From Psammoneis japonica (lineage: Eukaryota), in contig QPGO01000060.1 in NCBI GenBank assembly GCA_008632985.1, forward strand, positions 186,001-250,000: a stretch of 64,000 bases of DNA. Reading direction: 5' to 3'. The notes under the pieces are model-generated. The model saw only the letters and a program-made list of their open reading frames with translations, was not told where the DNA came from and ran no database searches. The position numbers and the translations under genes were made by a program. This document shows, in pieces, positions 35,532-46,529 of this stretch. Position 1 is the first letter of the stretch, and each line of letters opens with the position of its first letter.

Positions 35532-38500
35532 ATGGCGGCGGCCACAAGCAGCATGACTACCACACTGATACGTACCGAACCACATCGTCGTTTAGTGCCA
35601 CATCATCATCATCATGCGTATTCACTAGATGGTGATGATGATTGCAGCACTGATGATTATGAGGAAGAAGAGGAAGAACAGCTCTTACCTCCTCCTCAAT
35701 CGTGGTTTGCAGAAGAATCGGATTCGGTTGATGAGTTGTTTGACGACAACAATCAAGAGGATTCTTCTTTTCCACCAACAAACAATGTGGTGTATTATGA
35801 ATCCAAACATGACGATGAAACAAATAATTTGAGTGCCGTCGTGGGTGCACCGGCTCGGGCACCGTCTTGGAAAGAATTGAGTTTGCAGGTCCTTCCGGCT
35901 GCCGCACGCGAACTCTTGTCAAATTCCATGAGACGTGCCTATCATTATTCACTCGTTTCGTATTCCAAGGGACGATGGACACGTCGGTATTCGGAACTTA
36001 CCAACAATACCGGTGGGTATTTTCGGAATAATAGTTTTTCCATGGGACAAGAAAACAACAACAACAACATTCCTCTGCCACCCTTTTCGAGTTTGCCGTG
36101 GGTCGATCGACAGTTGGTTGCGGAATGGCGAACGTGTGATTTGACCTTTGATTCTATCAAACAAGAACAACAAGAGGACGAGGATGATGACGAGGATGAT
36201 TTTGATCGTGCCCGAACGCTCGTACCGAAACCCATTGCCAAACCGACGTGGGCCAAAAAGGAAGTTTGTTTTGAATGCCACAAACCCTTTGGTCCAACGT
36301 TGTTACGACATCACTGTCGTTTGTGTGGTAAATCGTATTGTCAATCCCACTCGTCTCAATCACATCGTTTGCCCCATTTGGGGTATGACGCACACGTACC
36401 GGAACGCGTCTGTGATGTGTGCAAGAGCTTGTTGTTGGAACAGAATTTAGCCGAACGCGTTGCGTGGCGACTCGCGCGGTGTCGGGATTATCTCGACAAT
36501 CATGACGAGTTGACACCCTACTTTGAAACGGGCGTCGACACAATGGAACAAGTGGCGGCCCGCGTCACACGTGCCGCCATTTCCATGGCACGGTCCATTC
36601 CGTTGGGTGCACAAGCGCATGTGGCAGTCGAAACGGTCGATGTGTTGCGCAAACACGGACTCAAGGGTATATATGGATTGATATTGAGAAAGGAATTTTT
36701 GGCAGCGGCCGATTTGTTGTGTCGGGCCCTAGGCATCAACAAGACGGCGTGGCCCCTGTCGGTACACGAACTGAGTGCCGCCATTTTTTATGCTTTGGCA
36801 CAACACCGTGCCATGCGGGGGATGAGTCCCGAACGGGAATACTTGATTCATGCGTATAAAAGCAAGCAAGATGATGTGACGGAAAAGGACGAGAGCAACG
36901 AAGAAGAGTGGGGTCCGTTTGTTTCGGCTTGGACTGGTAGTTCCCATAAGGATGGAGTCAATGGTGATCAAAATCAGGACGATAATGTTGTTGACCCAAA
37001 CAACACAACCTTGGTGGATGAAACCGACACGTACGATCCTCTGGCAGAAAGCATTGTGGATTTGATCGCCATGGCGGACAATGCCATTCAGTCACACAAC
37101 AATAGCAATCACGAAAGCAACAAGGAGCAATCCTCGGATTCAGCGACACCTCCCGACTTGCCCTTTACTCCCGTCTGTGAATTTGTCCCGGACCCCGTCA
37201 TGTCGTCACTTATTTTCTACGCTCCCATTGCTCTCAACTTTGTCTATGCGCTCCGTGAGGTGGATATGCAGCTCTTGGCGGCACAACAGGGTTGGAGACT
37301 CTTGTACGCGCACTTGGAACAAGACACGCTGGACCGGCCCGCGTCGGCCCTCTTTGTGCATTCCCGACAAAAAATCGCGTGCTTTGCCGTTCGTGGTACC
37401 GCCACCATTAACGATGTTGTAACGGACATTCGTCAAATGCCCATTTCCTTTCCAGAAAATAACATCCAAGACAATCATGAAGCAGCAGCAGAAGTTGATG
37501 ATTGGACACCGGTGTTTCGAGGACAGGGTCTTGCCGTTTGTGGAATGGCAAGAGCGGCTGTTAATTTGTATCGAGAACATATTGATGCCTTGGTGACGTT
37601 GGTGGAACGTGGATACCGGATAAGAATTACTGGCCATTCACTTGGTGGTGGTGTAGCGACTCTTTTGGGTGCGTTGGTTTTACGGCATATTGAAAGCGCA
37701 GCCAATCTTGGTGATACACTGGGACACGCGGCGGCTATAGATTCTCATGCACCCTCCAACAGTGTCATTGTACAGCGCAATGATCTTTTGCGTGTGTATG
37801 GCTACGGAACTCCGTCTTGTGTGGATGCCAAGCTGTCAGAGTATTTCAAGACATTTGTCACAACGGTCGTCTTGCACGATGATGTGGTGCCTCGATTGAC
37901 GCCGACGAGTATCAGGGGACTGCTCAAGCATCTCTTGCACATTCGCGAAACGTGGGTCAAGGCTCACTTGCAGAACGATTTAATGGCAATCACGGAACGG
38001 GCTCGAACCGTGTGGGCCCCCAAGTGGAGAGGCAGTTTTACCATTTCCAAGTCGTCCTCGAAAAAGTTTAAACGGTACTGTCGGAAACAAATGCAAATTG
38101 GCAAACGCAAGCTTTTGACGGTAAAAGGTCAGCTTGTGAAAAGTATAACGGAAGATGGTAGGAGTAGTGATGACAGTGATGGCAAGCCAGAAGAGGACAA
38201 TGCGAAATCGGAGAACGGTGCTACTGCTAGTTATCCGAGTGCGACGACGACGTTCTCTCCCACAGAGTCGGACGAGTCTGATGGAGTATCCGATGGCTCT
38301 ATTGACAAATGCGACCCTCAAGTTGAGGCGAAAATGCAGGACCTTTCGTTTGAGTCTGACCCGGAAAGCCGAATGGATTCTCCTCCTGCGGCTCATCTCA
38401 TGGTGGATTACATGGGTGGAATCGATTATCGTACAGAAGGCGTCGTGATTGACGGTGACGAATTCTTTGATGCCGATGAATCGTTGGTAGAAAAAGACGA

Positions 38501-39768
38501 AGACGTTCAGTTACCAATGTCGGAGGATAAAAGGGAGGATGCAGATGATCCTTTATTTCCGCCTGAGGCGTTTCCAGAGCCAATGACGCAAGAAGATCCA
38601 GATACTCCGACCGAGGGAAGTGACGATAAAGATATACCAATTGCCCCAATGTCTACTTCTTTCAATACGGAAGACGGGAGTTGGGCTCGTTTTGATACAT
38701 CCTCAGATGCAGATACCGCTAACGCAGAAAGTGGTGCCAAATCAACTAAGACAGAAGCCGAGGCATTCGGTATGGAATCTGAGGGCTTGGAGGAAAGTGA
38801 CGAGAATGTGGGTGTCATGCTTGAGGAAACGCCACTTCCACGCATGTTTTTACCAGGAAAGATTGTGCACCTTTATACCCATCGTGGAGGTTACAAAGCT
38901 GCATATGTGCCTCGCGCGTTTCGAGAGCTTCGCCGCATTAGCTTGGCCGGAAATATGCTCTCGGATCACACGTCCAAGGCATACTATGAAGCTTTACTCG
39001 AGGTGCAATCGGTGAGGAGGGCGGAAGAAGGTCTCCCCAGGTGGACCGCTTTTGACGAGGACGACACATGGTGAGTACATTGCGGAGTCTTTGTGTTTTA
39101 CTGCTTCGCACTGTGATAGTCTCAACAGCTTTTGCTCGTCAACCCAATTGTAGCTCCTGTTGTGCAAGCAGATTCACTTGGGCTAGTACCTCGGACAGTG
39201 AAGCCCAAGAAGCTCGTGACAAGCACAAGTAAGTACAGCCGCTGCCAGGAATGAAGATATTCTGGAATAATCTAATCTCATTGCTCATCCTTTTTCTCTC
39301 CCGTGCCTCAGTTGTCGCTCATGTGGTACTTTGGTACGTGTGTCTTGTTTGAAATCTTCGATGCTGCGTCTTTGTAACGGTATGTTACTCATTGCCGGCC
39401 ATTGATTTTCTCTCTGCCAGGTGTGCAATCCTTGCGCGTCGAATCGGATTCCGTTGCCTTCGGTTGGAATAAACGTCCCCGTCCGTGTATGTGACAGGTG
39501 TTACAATGACATTGGGGGAGTTTTGACTGGTCCTTATGCTCTGACCAGTAGCTTTATGGAGTCTGGTGAAGCTAGTCATAAAACACCTGAGCAAGACAAG
39601 AACTGTCAAGCGAAACTTTCTGTTGATCTGGAGAGCACACCACCACATTTCGTTTCTGTTGACAAGAGGAATGAAAACCAGCAACCCGAAAGAAAACGAG
39701 AAAGACGCAGCCAGGTTGTGGATGAGCTGGCATCGCGTATCAACTCGCTGAATTCTACTATGTCGTGA
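35532..39768 (+). CDS. FYVE domain / class-3 lipase / FYVE domain protein; exons 35532-39070, 39154-39228, 39312-39333, 39421-39768
   Basis: FYVE (CFEC..F..RHHCRLCG..C..RVCDVC), lipase (AVRGT, ITGHSLGGG, DVVPRL). A second FYVE is assembled in frame across three GT-AG introns (CSCC..KHNCRSCGTLVC..RVCDRC). Confidence 0.92.
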
Positions 39769-40306
39769 CGCAACATAAAGGATGCCTCATTCGAAGAAAA
39801 AAAATTGTTTTATACATGAGCTTCTGCATGTCCAACTTATCGCTAGAGAGACGTCAATTAGAATGTTACCACGCATATCTCCATTTTCAAAACCCTCTCT
39901 GCATACCCCAATAGAAACTAAAACCTCTGAGAATGCTGTTTCTGTTCTGACTTTCATTCGGCATCACTCCTGGGGACTTATGGCATGATAAGACCACAGG
40001 CAGTAATAACCCGCGAGGAGCACAGTAGAGACGGCTACTTTAGGGCCCCAGAGCAAACCAACACATATCTCTCTTAGTTGATTTGCGTTTCTATTTGTTG
40101 TACCAATTCTATAGGTTCATAAAACACCTCGCTCATTCAGTAGTAGTAGCAGCAGCAGCAGTAGAGCTAGCGCAGTAGTAATGGCGTGAAATGCATTAGC
40201 TACTCGTTGAGTTAGCTGGGATCACCTTAACTCGTGATCTCTTCCTAAATAATATGAAGATGAGCAACAGCGACAGATTACATTCTGCCCTCAGCCTTTA
40301 CCCTTG

Positions 40307-40488
40307 TGTAAGATACGAAACAAATACCTAAAGGAGTGCCACAGTCAATCGTAGCCACTCCAGACCAACAACACGGCAGCGACCGTGAGAGCCATCTTTA
40401 TGCAAGACATGAAACAAATGCCTAAAGGAGTGCCAGTCAATCGCAGGCACTCCAGACCACCAACACGGCAGAGACCATGAGAGCCATC
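40307..40488. repeat. About 90-bp tandem duplication of the C-terminus and 3' flank of the Cys-repeat gene
   Basis: 40307-40396 aligns with 40401-40488. Confidence 0.9.
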
Positions 40489-41899
40489 ACCATGTGGACG
40501 GTAAGGAACCATCTGCCGGCAGCACCCGAACCACCACCACCACCTCCTCCGCCACAATTGAAGTCCTCGCACAAGTCTCCCGTCACACAGTCCAGCATGG
40601 CAGAGAGCTGGGCTCCACACTGAGGACAGCACTCGCTGGCAATGGTGGTACACATTTGCTGGACATCACCACATGTGTCACTGTCCAGGGCACTTCCCGT
40701 GCAGTCTTCGTCAGCGTTGGGACACTCGCGAATGACACATTCCGTGTACAAGCGAACGCTCTCGGACATGCAGTCCAAGGGAAGTAGGAAGCGAGGGACG
40801 TCGTTGAGTGCCGGTTCTTCTTCCAAGAGACGGCGGGTGACATTGTCGCCGCTGCAATCAAACGGAGGACAAGCATCTCCGAGAGCACAACCCATGAGCC
40901 ACGCCAGGTCGCATGAGCAGTCGGGGCAGCATTCTGCCGAGATGGTGGTGCAAATGCCCTCCACGTCGGCGCACGTGTCTCCATCAGGGGAGCCGCCCGT
41001 ACAAACGGCATCGGCGTCGGGGCAGTCATGGAGGAGACACTTGGAGTGGCTCCACACGGATTCTGACACACACCTCAGTCCGTCCGAAGGCTTTTCCGGA
41101 CAGGTGGAGTCAGGTGCGGGAGCGGGCGTGGATGGAGACGGAGGGGGGGTCGTTGCATTTGTTGCATTGCCACCGCACACAAAGCCCCTGCAGGCGTCTC
41201 CAGTGGCACAGTCGAGCACAACAGATGGCTCCGTTCCACACGAGGGGCAACATTCGCTGGTCATCTTGTTGCACATGAGCTGGACGTCATCGCATGTGTC
41301 TCCGTCCGGGGCGTCTCCGGTGCACATTTGATCAGCGGCAGGGCACTCTCGAATGACGCATTCTGTGAAGGCCCGAAGGCCCTCGGAGAGACAATCCAAA
41401 TCTCCAAGGGCTTGGAGGAAACGAGGCACTTTGTCGTCGACGGCGGGCGTCATCATGTCGCCAGAATGATCCTTCTCAGGCAAGAGATTGCGTGTGGACG
41501 TCTGGTTGCCGCTGCAATCAAACGGCTCGCAAATGTCTCCGAGAGCGCAATCCATGAGCCTGTTCAGTGCAAACAATGAGTGAGGCGGTGCTTGTTCACG
41601 ACTGCGACAATCGATTTGTTTGCGTGCCATGCCAAGTCACACTTGCAGTCGTTGCAGCATTCACGAGCAATGGTGCCGCAAATGTCTTCAGCATTGCTGC
41701 AGTCGTCCCCATCCGGGGAACCGCCGGTACAAACGGCATCGGCTTCGGGACAATCGTTGATGAGGCACTTGGCACAGTTCCAGACGGACTCGGAAATGCA
41801 CCTCAATCCACTCACGTCACGATCCGGACACTGTTGGGACACCACTGGCGAGGGCAAAGATACAAGCCCCACCACGAGAGCGGTGGTTTTGATAATCAT
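40437..41899 (-). CDS. Secreted, probably GPI/membrane-anchored protein with four Cys-rich repeats; exons 41899-41628 and 41559-40437; possibly pseudogenising
   Basis: Signal peptide MIIKTTALVVGLVSL. Repeats C.SE.V....C.I..CP.AD..CTG..PDGDTC.DV...C..I.SECCP.C. Gly linker plus hydrophobic tail. A 68-nt GC-AG intron restores CDLAW|LMDCALGD, matching repeat 3. Confidence 0.75.
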
Positions 41900-42031
41900 C
41901 TTTTCTTGATTGGTTCCTGATGGAAAAAGAGACTTATTTTTGTGACAGCATCGCTTGACAGGTTGGTGTCAAAGAGCAAAGATCTTTTCGATTCGATTAG
42001 AACCCCTTTTGTACAAAATGGATGGTTCCTG

Positions 42032-45000
42032 ATGGCTGGGTGAATCTTGACACTGAATTAAGTAGGATTCTACGTGAGCCGGTATTAAACAAAATAGCTC
42101 TATTTTTTCAATAATAAAAATTATTTAGCTTTGGCATCCGTTGTGGTACAAATTCTACGACGGCTGCACACTTTCGAAAATTCACTCGTCCGCAGTTGCA
42201 ACGCATCGAACGAACTTGTTTTCGAAGTCCAACGCACAACGATGGGTCTTGAACATCTTGATGAGGTTGTCGAGTGCCACCGGCCCAAACTCTTGCACCT
42301 GCTGTTGCTCCTCAACCAATTCCCCGCTATCAATTGCATGGTAAGCCTGAATGTACTGTCGTGCTCGTTTTGCAAACTTGCGAATGCGTTCAACAGACAA
42401 AACTTCTTCCGACAGGCACAGATCAACACTGTTCTCAAAGTTTTCCTTTCCTCTTTTCTGCGACAGGTTAATGTTTCTGTACTTACCCTTGGAGTATGCC
42501 CAGGCATACTCAATCCCTTCCCCGGCAAGCTCTGCATGGCACTTTGGAGTCAACACGACCGTCACGCCCATTCGACTCGCATGGTACTCGAGCATTGATT
42601 TTTCGTTTGCGAAATCAGTACAAGCGGCAAGGATTTCGGCGGGCTCGGTGTTTTCGACAAAATTTCCATACTGATCCTTTATTCCTCCTTTCAAGTATTT
42701 CTTTGTTGGATCAATGAGGCCACGTTCAATTAGAACTTGCAGCAAGCCTTTCGGCTTGCCGCACCAACCCGGCTTCACCACCTGAATTTCCTTCGTAATC
42801 GGAATTCCGGCGACACGACAATCATCCTGTAAGTCCTTCTTGGTCGTGCCTTTCCGGATGACAAAGTTGGGATTGTTTGCCTGCAAGTCTTGCACTAACT
42901 CATCCCTCAGTTTGTCGACTTTTTTCTTTTCATTCGTCACGATATCATACTTGCTCCGTTGCAGCTCAGCCGGATCCATAAGGTAAGGGCCTGCGTCGTC
43001 GTCAACAAATTTCATATCCTGCTTCTCACCAATTTGTTTTCTCTGCTCATTCTCAAGCTCACCAACACAGCCTTCTGTCAGCTCAGTTACTCTCATTTTG
43101 TACTTTCCACCCCAACCTAGATTCATCTTTTGAACCGACAATCCATCTTCTCGCTGCTTCGCATGGCCCGACGAGTGGTCAAAATAAAAGACATGTTCAA
43201 ACTCGGGGCATACATGGTTGAGGACATCAACACAGTCTTCCAACTGTGTCACCATGTGGTTGTATGTCCAGTAACCCTCGAAATTCTGGCCGTACTCAAA
43301 CTTGACAATGAATGGGCTCTTTTTCAGATCCTGCTTCACGGCTGTTCCCTTGTGAATCTCCTTTGCGGCCTCGGCATCACTGTATAAGGTACCACGCCTA
43401 GCATTGTTGACAATATCCAGAACAGCTTGGTCAATGTCCCGGAGGAGTCCGAATTCGCGAGAGATGAAAAGCGAAATCATGACGCCGAACCCTTCATCTT
43501 TCGGCACCAGCGGTATTTCTCCTCGTGGCCCAACCCATGCCTTCCTTGTCAATAGAAACTGCTTAAATATAGCTTCATCTTGCCCCCACATTATTACTGG
43601 CTTTTGTCCTGTAGGGAAACGATAGCTCAAGTGTCCTCCATAGCGCTTTGCGTCGTCGTCGGTTGATTGCGCAATTCTCTCCCGAAACCCACTCCAGTCG
43701 TCGACGTGATACTCGACAAAAGCCATTCCGTTCCTCTCAAACATAGCTTCTTCGCCACGATTGGGAACTAAGCCCCTCTGTTGCAATTCCAGTGCCTCCT
43801 GTAATGGAATCTGTATCCATCGGTAGCATCGCTTTTCCAGCTCAAGGTATTTCTTTGTGAACACTTTTCGGTACCGCTTTGTAGCGGGTTTCTCATGCCC
43901 GTCAACGTAGAAACCCTTCAGCCGATTCGTGTACTTGAAACCAAGTAATTTCATCCAGCGAGCAACAGTGGAAGTTGATAGAGATTTAAGCTTATACTGT
44001 TTTAAGAATAAACTCTTAGCATCCTCCTCCTCTTCAGTTAGCTCCTGAGATTCATCCACGCGAGAGATCGCTTCTTCAAATTCGTCGTCACCGAGAACGA
44101 CGACATCATTGGCAGCATTCGCGAGGAGGGCCGGGATAATTTTTTGATGCAAGTGCTCATGCATCATTTCAATTGACAATTCCTTGAGATTCTTGATTGC
44201 ATATCGGGTGAAGGCAACTTGTACTTCAGGATTGTCAACAAAGAAGGACGGGAGCGCCTTATCTGCCTTCCGCCGCCTCGCCGGAAAAAAGTCTCCCGCC
44301 AGAGCGAATCGCCGATGCCACCGTTGAACTGTTGTTGGGTTGCTGTAATACTCGATTCCACTTTCTTTCAATCTCTGCACAGCATGCTCACAGCATTGTG
44401 ACCAACTCATGTTGTTCTCAAGTTCCTTTCCTTCCCCTTTGAGATTCTCAAGGGCGGCACTCAAGGCAACCATGATGTAGAGCGAACGAGTCCGAATCTC
44501 AAACTTTTCAAACTCGGCAGCCAGTCCATTGTCGTCTTGGTCTGGCAATACAGAGCAATATCCTTGAGGATTGTTGACAACAGATGAGAGACGGTCAATA
44601 CGGTCTCTCACAACCATCCTCACGTCAACGTCGTCGGGGTACACGGAAGTCGGAGCGAAAATGTTTCGAGCACGAGTCGAGTCCCAACAATCAAATCGCG
44701 GTGCCGGGGGGGCTCTAGAATCTTCTTCAATAGCTGCATCCTCTGACTCAACGCGTTGCTTCTTCTTTAGACGGCGAGCTGCTTGTGAATTTGCTATGTC
44801 AGGGTTCGTCAACGAGAACTCTGGCAAGACACCCGCGGGCCTCACCCTTGTCTTTCCCGAAATGTTTAATCTCACCGCCCCACTCTGCAGCCAAGCATCA
44901 ACACTGTTATTCCCAGCACTCGGAGGACGGAGAAAACTTTTATTTGAGGGTGTCACTTTTGAGACAAGAAAGAAGATATGCTTTGCTTTCTTGCCATTGA

Positions 45001-45508
45001 TATCGCACGAGCACTCCGTCTTGAACAGGCTGACGCCCTCACAAACAAGGTTGTTGGCGGCGGTGATGTTGGCGACACCCGGAAGCTCTCCAAATTGCTT
45101 CTTGACTTCTCTGCCGAGTGTCTTGACACCATCATCATCAAACCTGAACTTGGTGTTGCAGTGCTCTGCCCACAAGTCGGTTGTCATCCAATGCCCGTGG
45201 AGGCCGCTGTCTGCAAAGAGCACCATCATGTGTTTTTTCACGAACGATTTTCTCACGTCCCCCATCATGCACTTTTAATTTTCGACTGACAGCAAGCTTC
45301 ACTGGTGTGTGTAGAAGGTTGGTTCACGGCAAAACACAAAAAAACATGGAGTTTCAAAGAGCCGTCACCGTCATCGTCAAGTGAACGATTGCGTGTCATT
45401 TCTCGCACTTTGAAAACTGCTGCCAACAGAATCAAGTTCAACTTGATGACGTTTTATACCAGTTACGTAGAAATCTACTTAAAATTTCTGAGACGTTCAC
45501 CCAGCCAT
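42032..45508 (-). mobile_element. IS630/Tc1-mariner-like DNA transposon with imperfect terminal inverted repeats
   Basis: Left ATGGCTGGGTGAA..TTAAGTAGGATTCTACGTGAGCCGGTATTAAAC (42032-42090) versus right GTTTTATACCAGTTACGTAGAAATCTACTTAA..TTCACCCAGCCAT (45451-45508). Confidence 0.75.
42182..45268 (-). CDS. Large DDE transposase (IS630/Tc1-like, possibly Sagan-type)
   Basis: 1028-aa open ORF with YVDGHE, GQDEAIF, GYW, FDHSSGH and TPKCHAELAGEGIEYAW motifs. Confidence 0.85.
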   Translation of the reverse strand: MMGDVRKSFVKKHMMVLFADSGLHGHWMTTDLWAEHCNTKFRFDDDGVKTLGREVKKQFGELPGVANITAANNLVCEGVSLFKTECSCDINGKKAKHIFFLVSKVTPSNKSFLRPPSAGNNSVDAWLQSGAVRLNISGKTRVRPAGVLPEFSLTNPDIANSQAARRLKKKQRVESEDAAIEEDSRAPPAPRFDCWDSTRARNIFAPTSVYPDDVDVRMVVRDRIDRLSSVVNNPQGYCSVLPDQDDNGLAAEFEKFEIRTRSLYIMVALSAALENLKGEGKELENNMSWSQCCEHAVQRLKESGIEYYSNPTTVQRWHRRFALAGDFFPARRRKADKALPSFFVDNPEVQVAFTRYAIKNLKELSIEMMHEHLHQKIIPALLANAANDVVVLGDDEFEEAISRVDESQELTEEEEDAKSLFLKQYKLKSLSTSTVARWMKLLGFKYTNRLKGFYVDGHEKPATKRYRKVFTKKYLELEKRCYRWIQIPLQEALELQQRGLVPNRGEEAMFERNGMAFVEYHVDDWSGFRERIAQSTDDDAKRYGGHLSYRFPTGQKPVIMWGQDEAIFKQFLLTRKAWVGPRGEIPLVPKDEGFGVMISLFISREFGLLRDIDQAVLDIVNNARRGTLYSDAEAAKEIHKGTAVKQDLKKSPFIVKFEYGQNFEGYWTYNHMVTQLEDCVDVLNHVCPEFEHVFYFDHSSGHAKQREDGLSVQKMNLGWGGKYKMRVTELTEGCVGELENEQRKQIGEKQDMKFVDDDAGPYLMDPAELQRSKYDIVTNEKKKVDKLRDELVQDLQANNPNFVIRKGTTKKDLQDDCRVAGIPITKEIQVVKPGWCGKPKGLLQVLIERGLIDPTKKYLKGGIKDQYGNFVENTEPAEILAACTDFANEKSMLEYHASRMGVTVVLTPKCHAELAGEGIEYAWAYSKGKYRNINLSQKRGKENFENSVDLCLSEEVLSVERIRKFAKRARQYIQAYHAIDSGELVEEQQQVQEFGPVALDNLIKMFKTHRCALDFENKFVRCVATADE

Positions 45509-46529
45509 GAGAGGGGCCGCTTGATGGATTGGGTCTGGGTGTCAAAAAACAAAGATGCGATGCGAACCCCCTCTTTTGTAAAATGTCATGAACACTGACA
45601 AAAACCAAAATGTCGTCGTTTTTCCGTTGTACTGTATCTAACTGTCGCGAACTCATGAGATCAGCCCACTGTTGTGGAGGAAGTCCACACTCATCATAGC
45701 GATGTGATTGGCCACTGCCACTCAGCAAAATTCCCTTAATCTCTGCTTAGAATTTCCTTTCCAAGCCGCTGAGATTGCCAGAAGTGACAATTGTTGCACC
45801 CTTTCAATGCCCAACCCATGACCCATCCTGTTGTGCAGTGTGCAGCCAAGCCGCAAGCAAGCTCTGTGTGTCATGTGTCCAGCAACAAGCTCACTCCTGC
45901 AAAAATTGGTGATGCACCATTGGGTCACATCTTGGGAACATGCAAGGGGCATGGGAATGTCAAGGCAGGCAAAGCTCCTCAACTGCACAGGTCAAACAAT
46001 CTCTCCCTGCACTGTGCAGCTCCTTGCATGTGCAGCATCCAATGCCAGCACCCGACAACCTCCCATGCAGCGGTCTTGACGAACCACTCAGGCAACTGAA
46101 CATTGCCACAAATGTGTCCCTGAACAACTTGTTCTCTTCCTTGGAAGTTTCTGCTCAAGTTGCAGCTCTGGTGTTGCCGTTTGCACTCCTTTCCTGTTGC
46201 TTTTGCCTCTGCCGAGTCGGCTCTCCTGTGCAAGGGCTCCGTCTGACAACACATGTTTGAGTTGTGGTGGAATGGCAATGCAATGATTCTTGCATTTTTG
46301 TCAATGCAAGAAGGAGCCTCTACATCAGAAGTTGATGACTGCTGTGAGTTCATGAAAAAGGTGGGGTTTAACCCACGAAAAAGGTGGGGTTTCTTCAACC
46401 CACGAGTGCAGAGGAAGACCACACACACAGTGCAGCAAGTCCTTTCCAAGCCACTGCAATCACTGGTCATGCTGGTCATTGCAGCCTTTCAATCTCCAAC
46501 TGTCCAACCCACCTGTCCTTCATTCCAGC

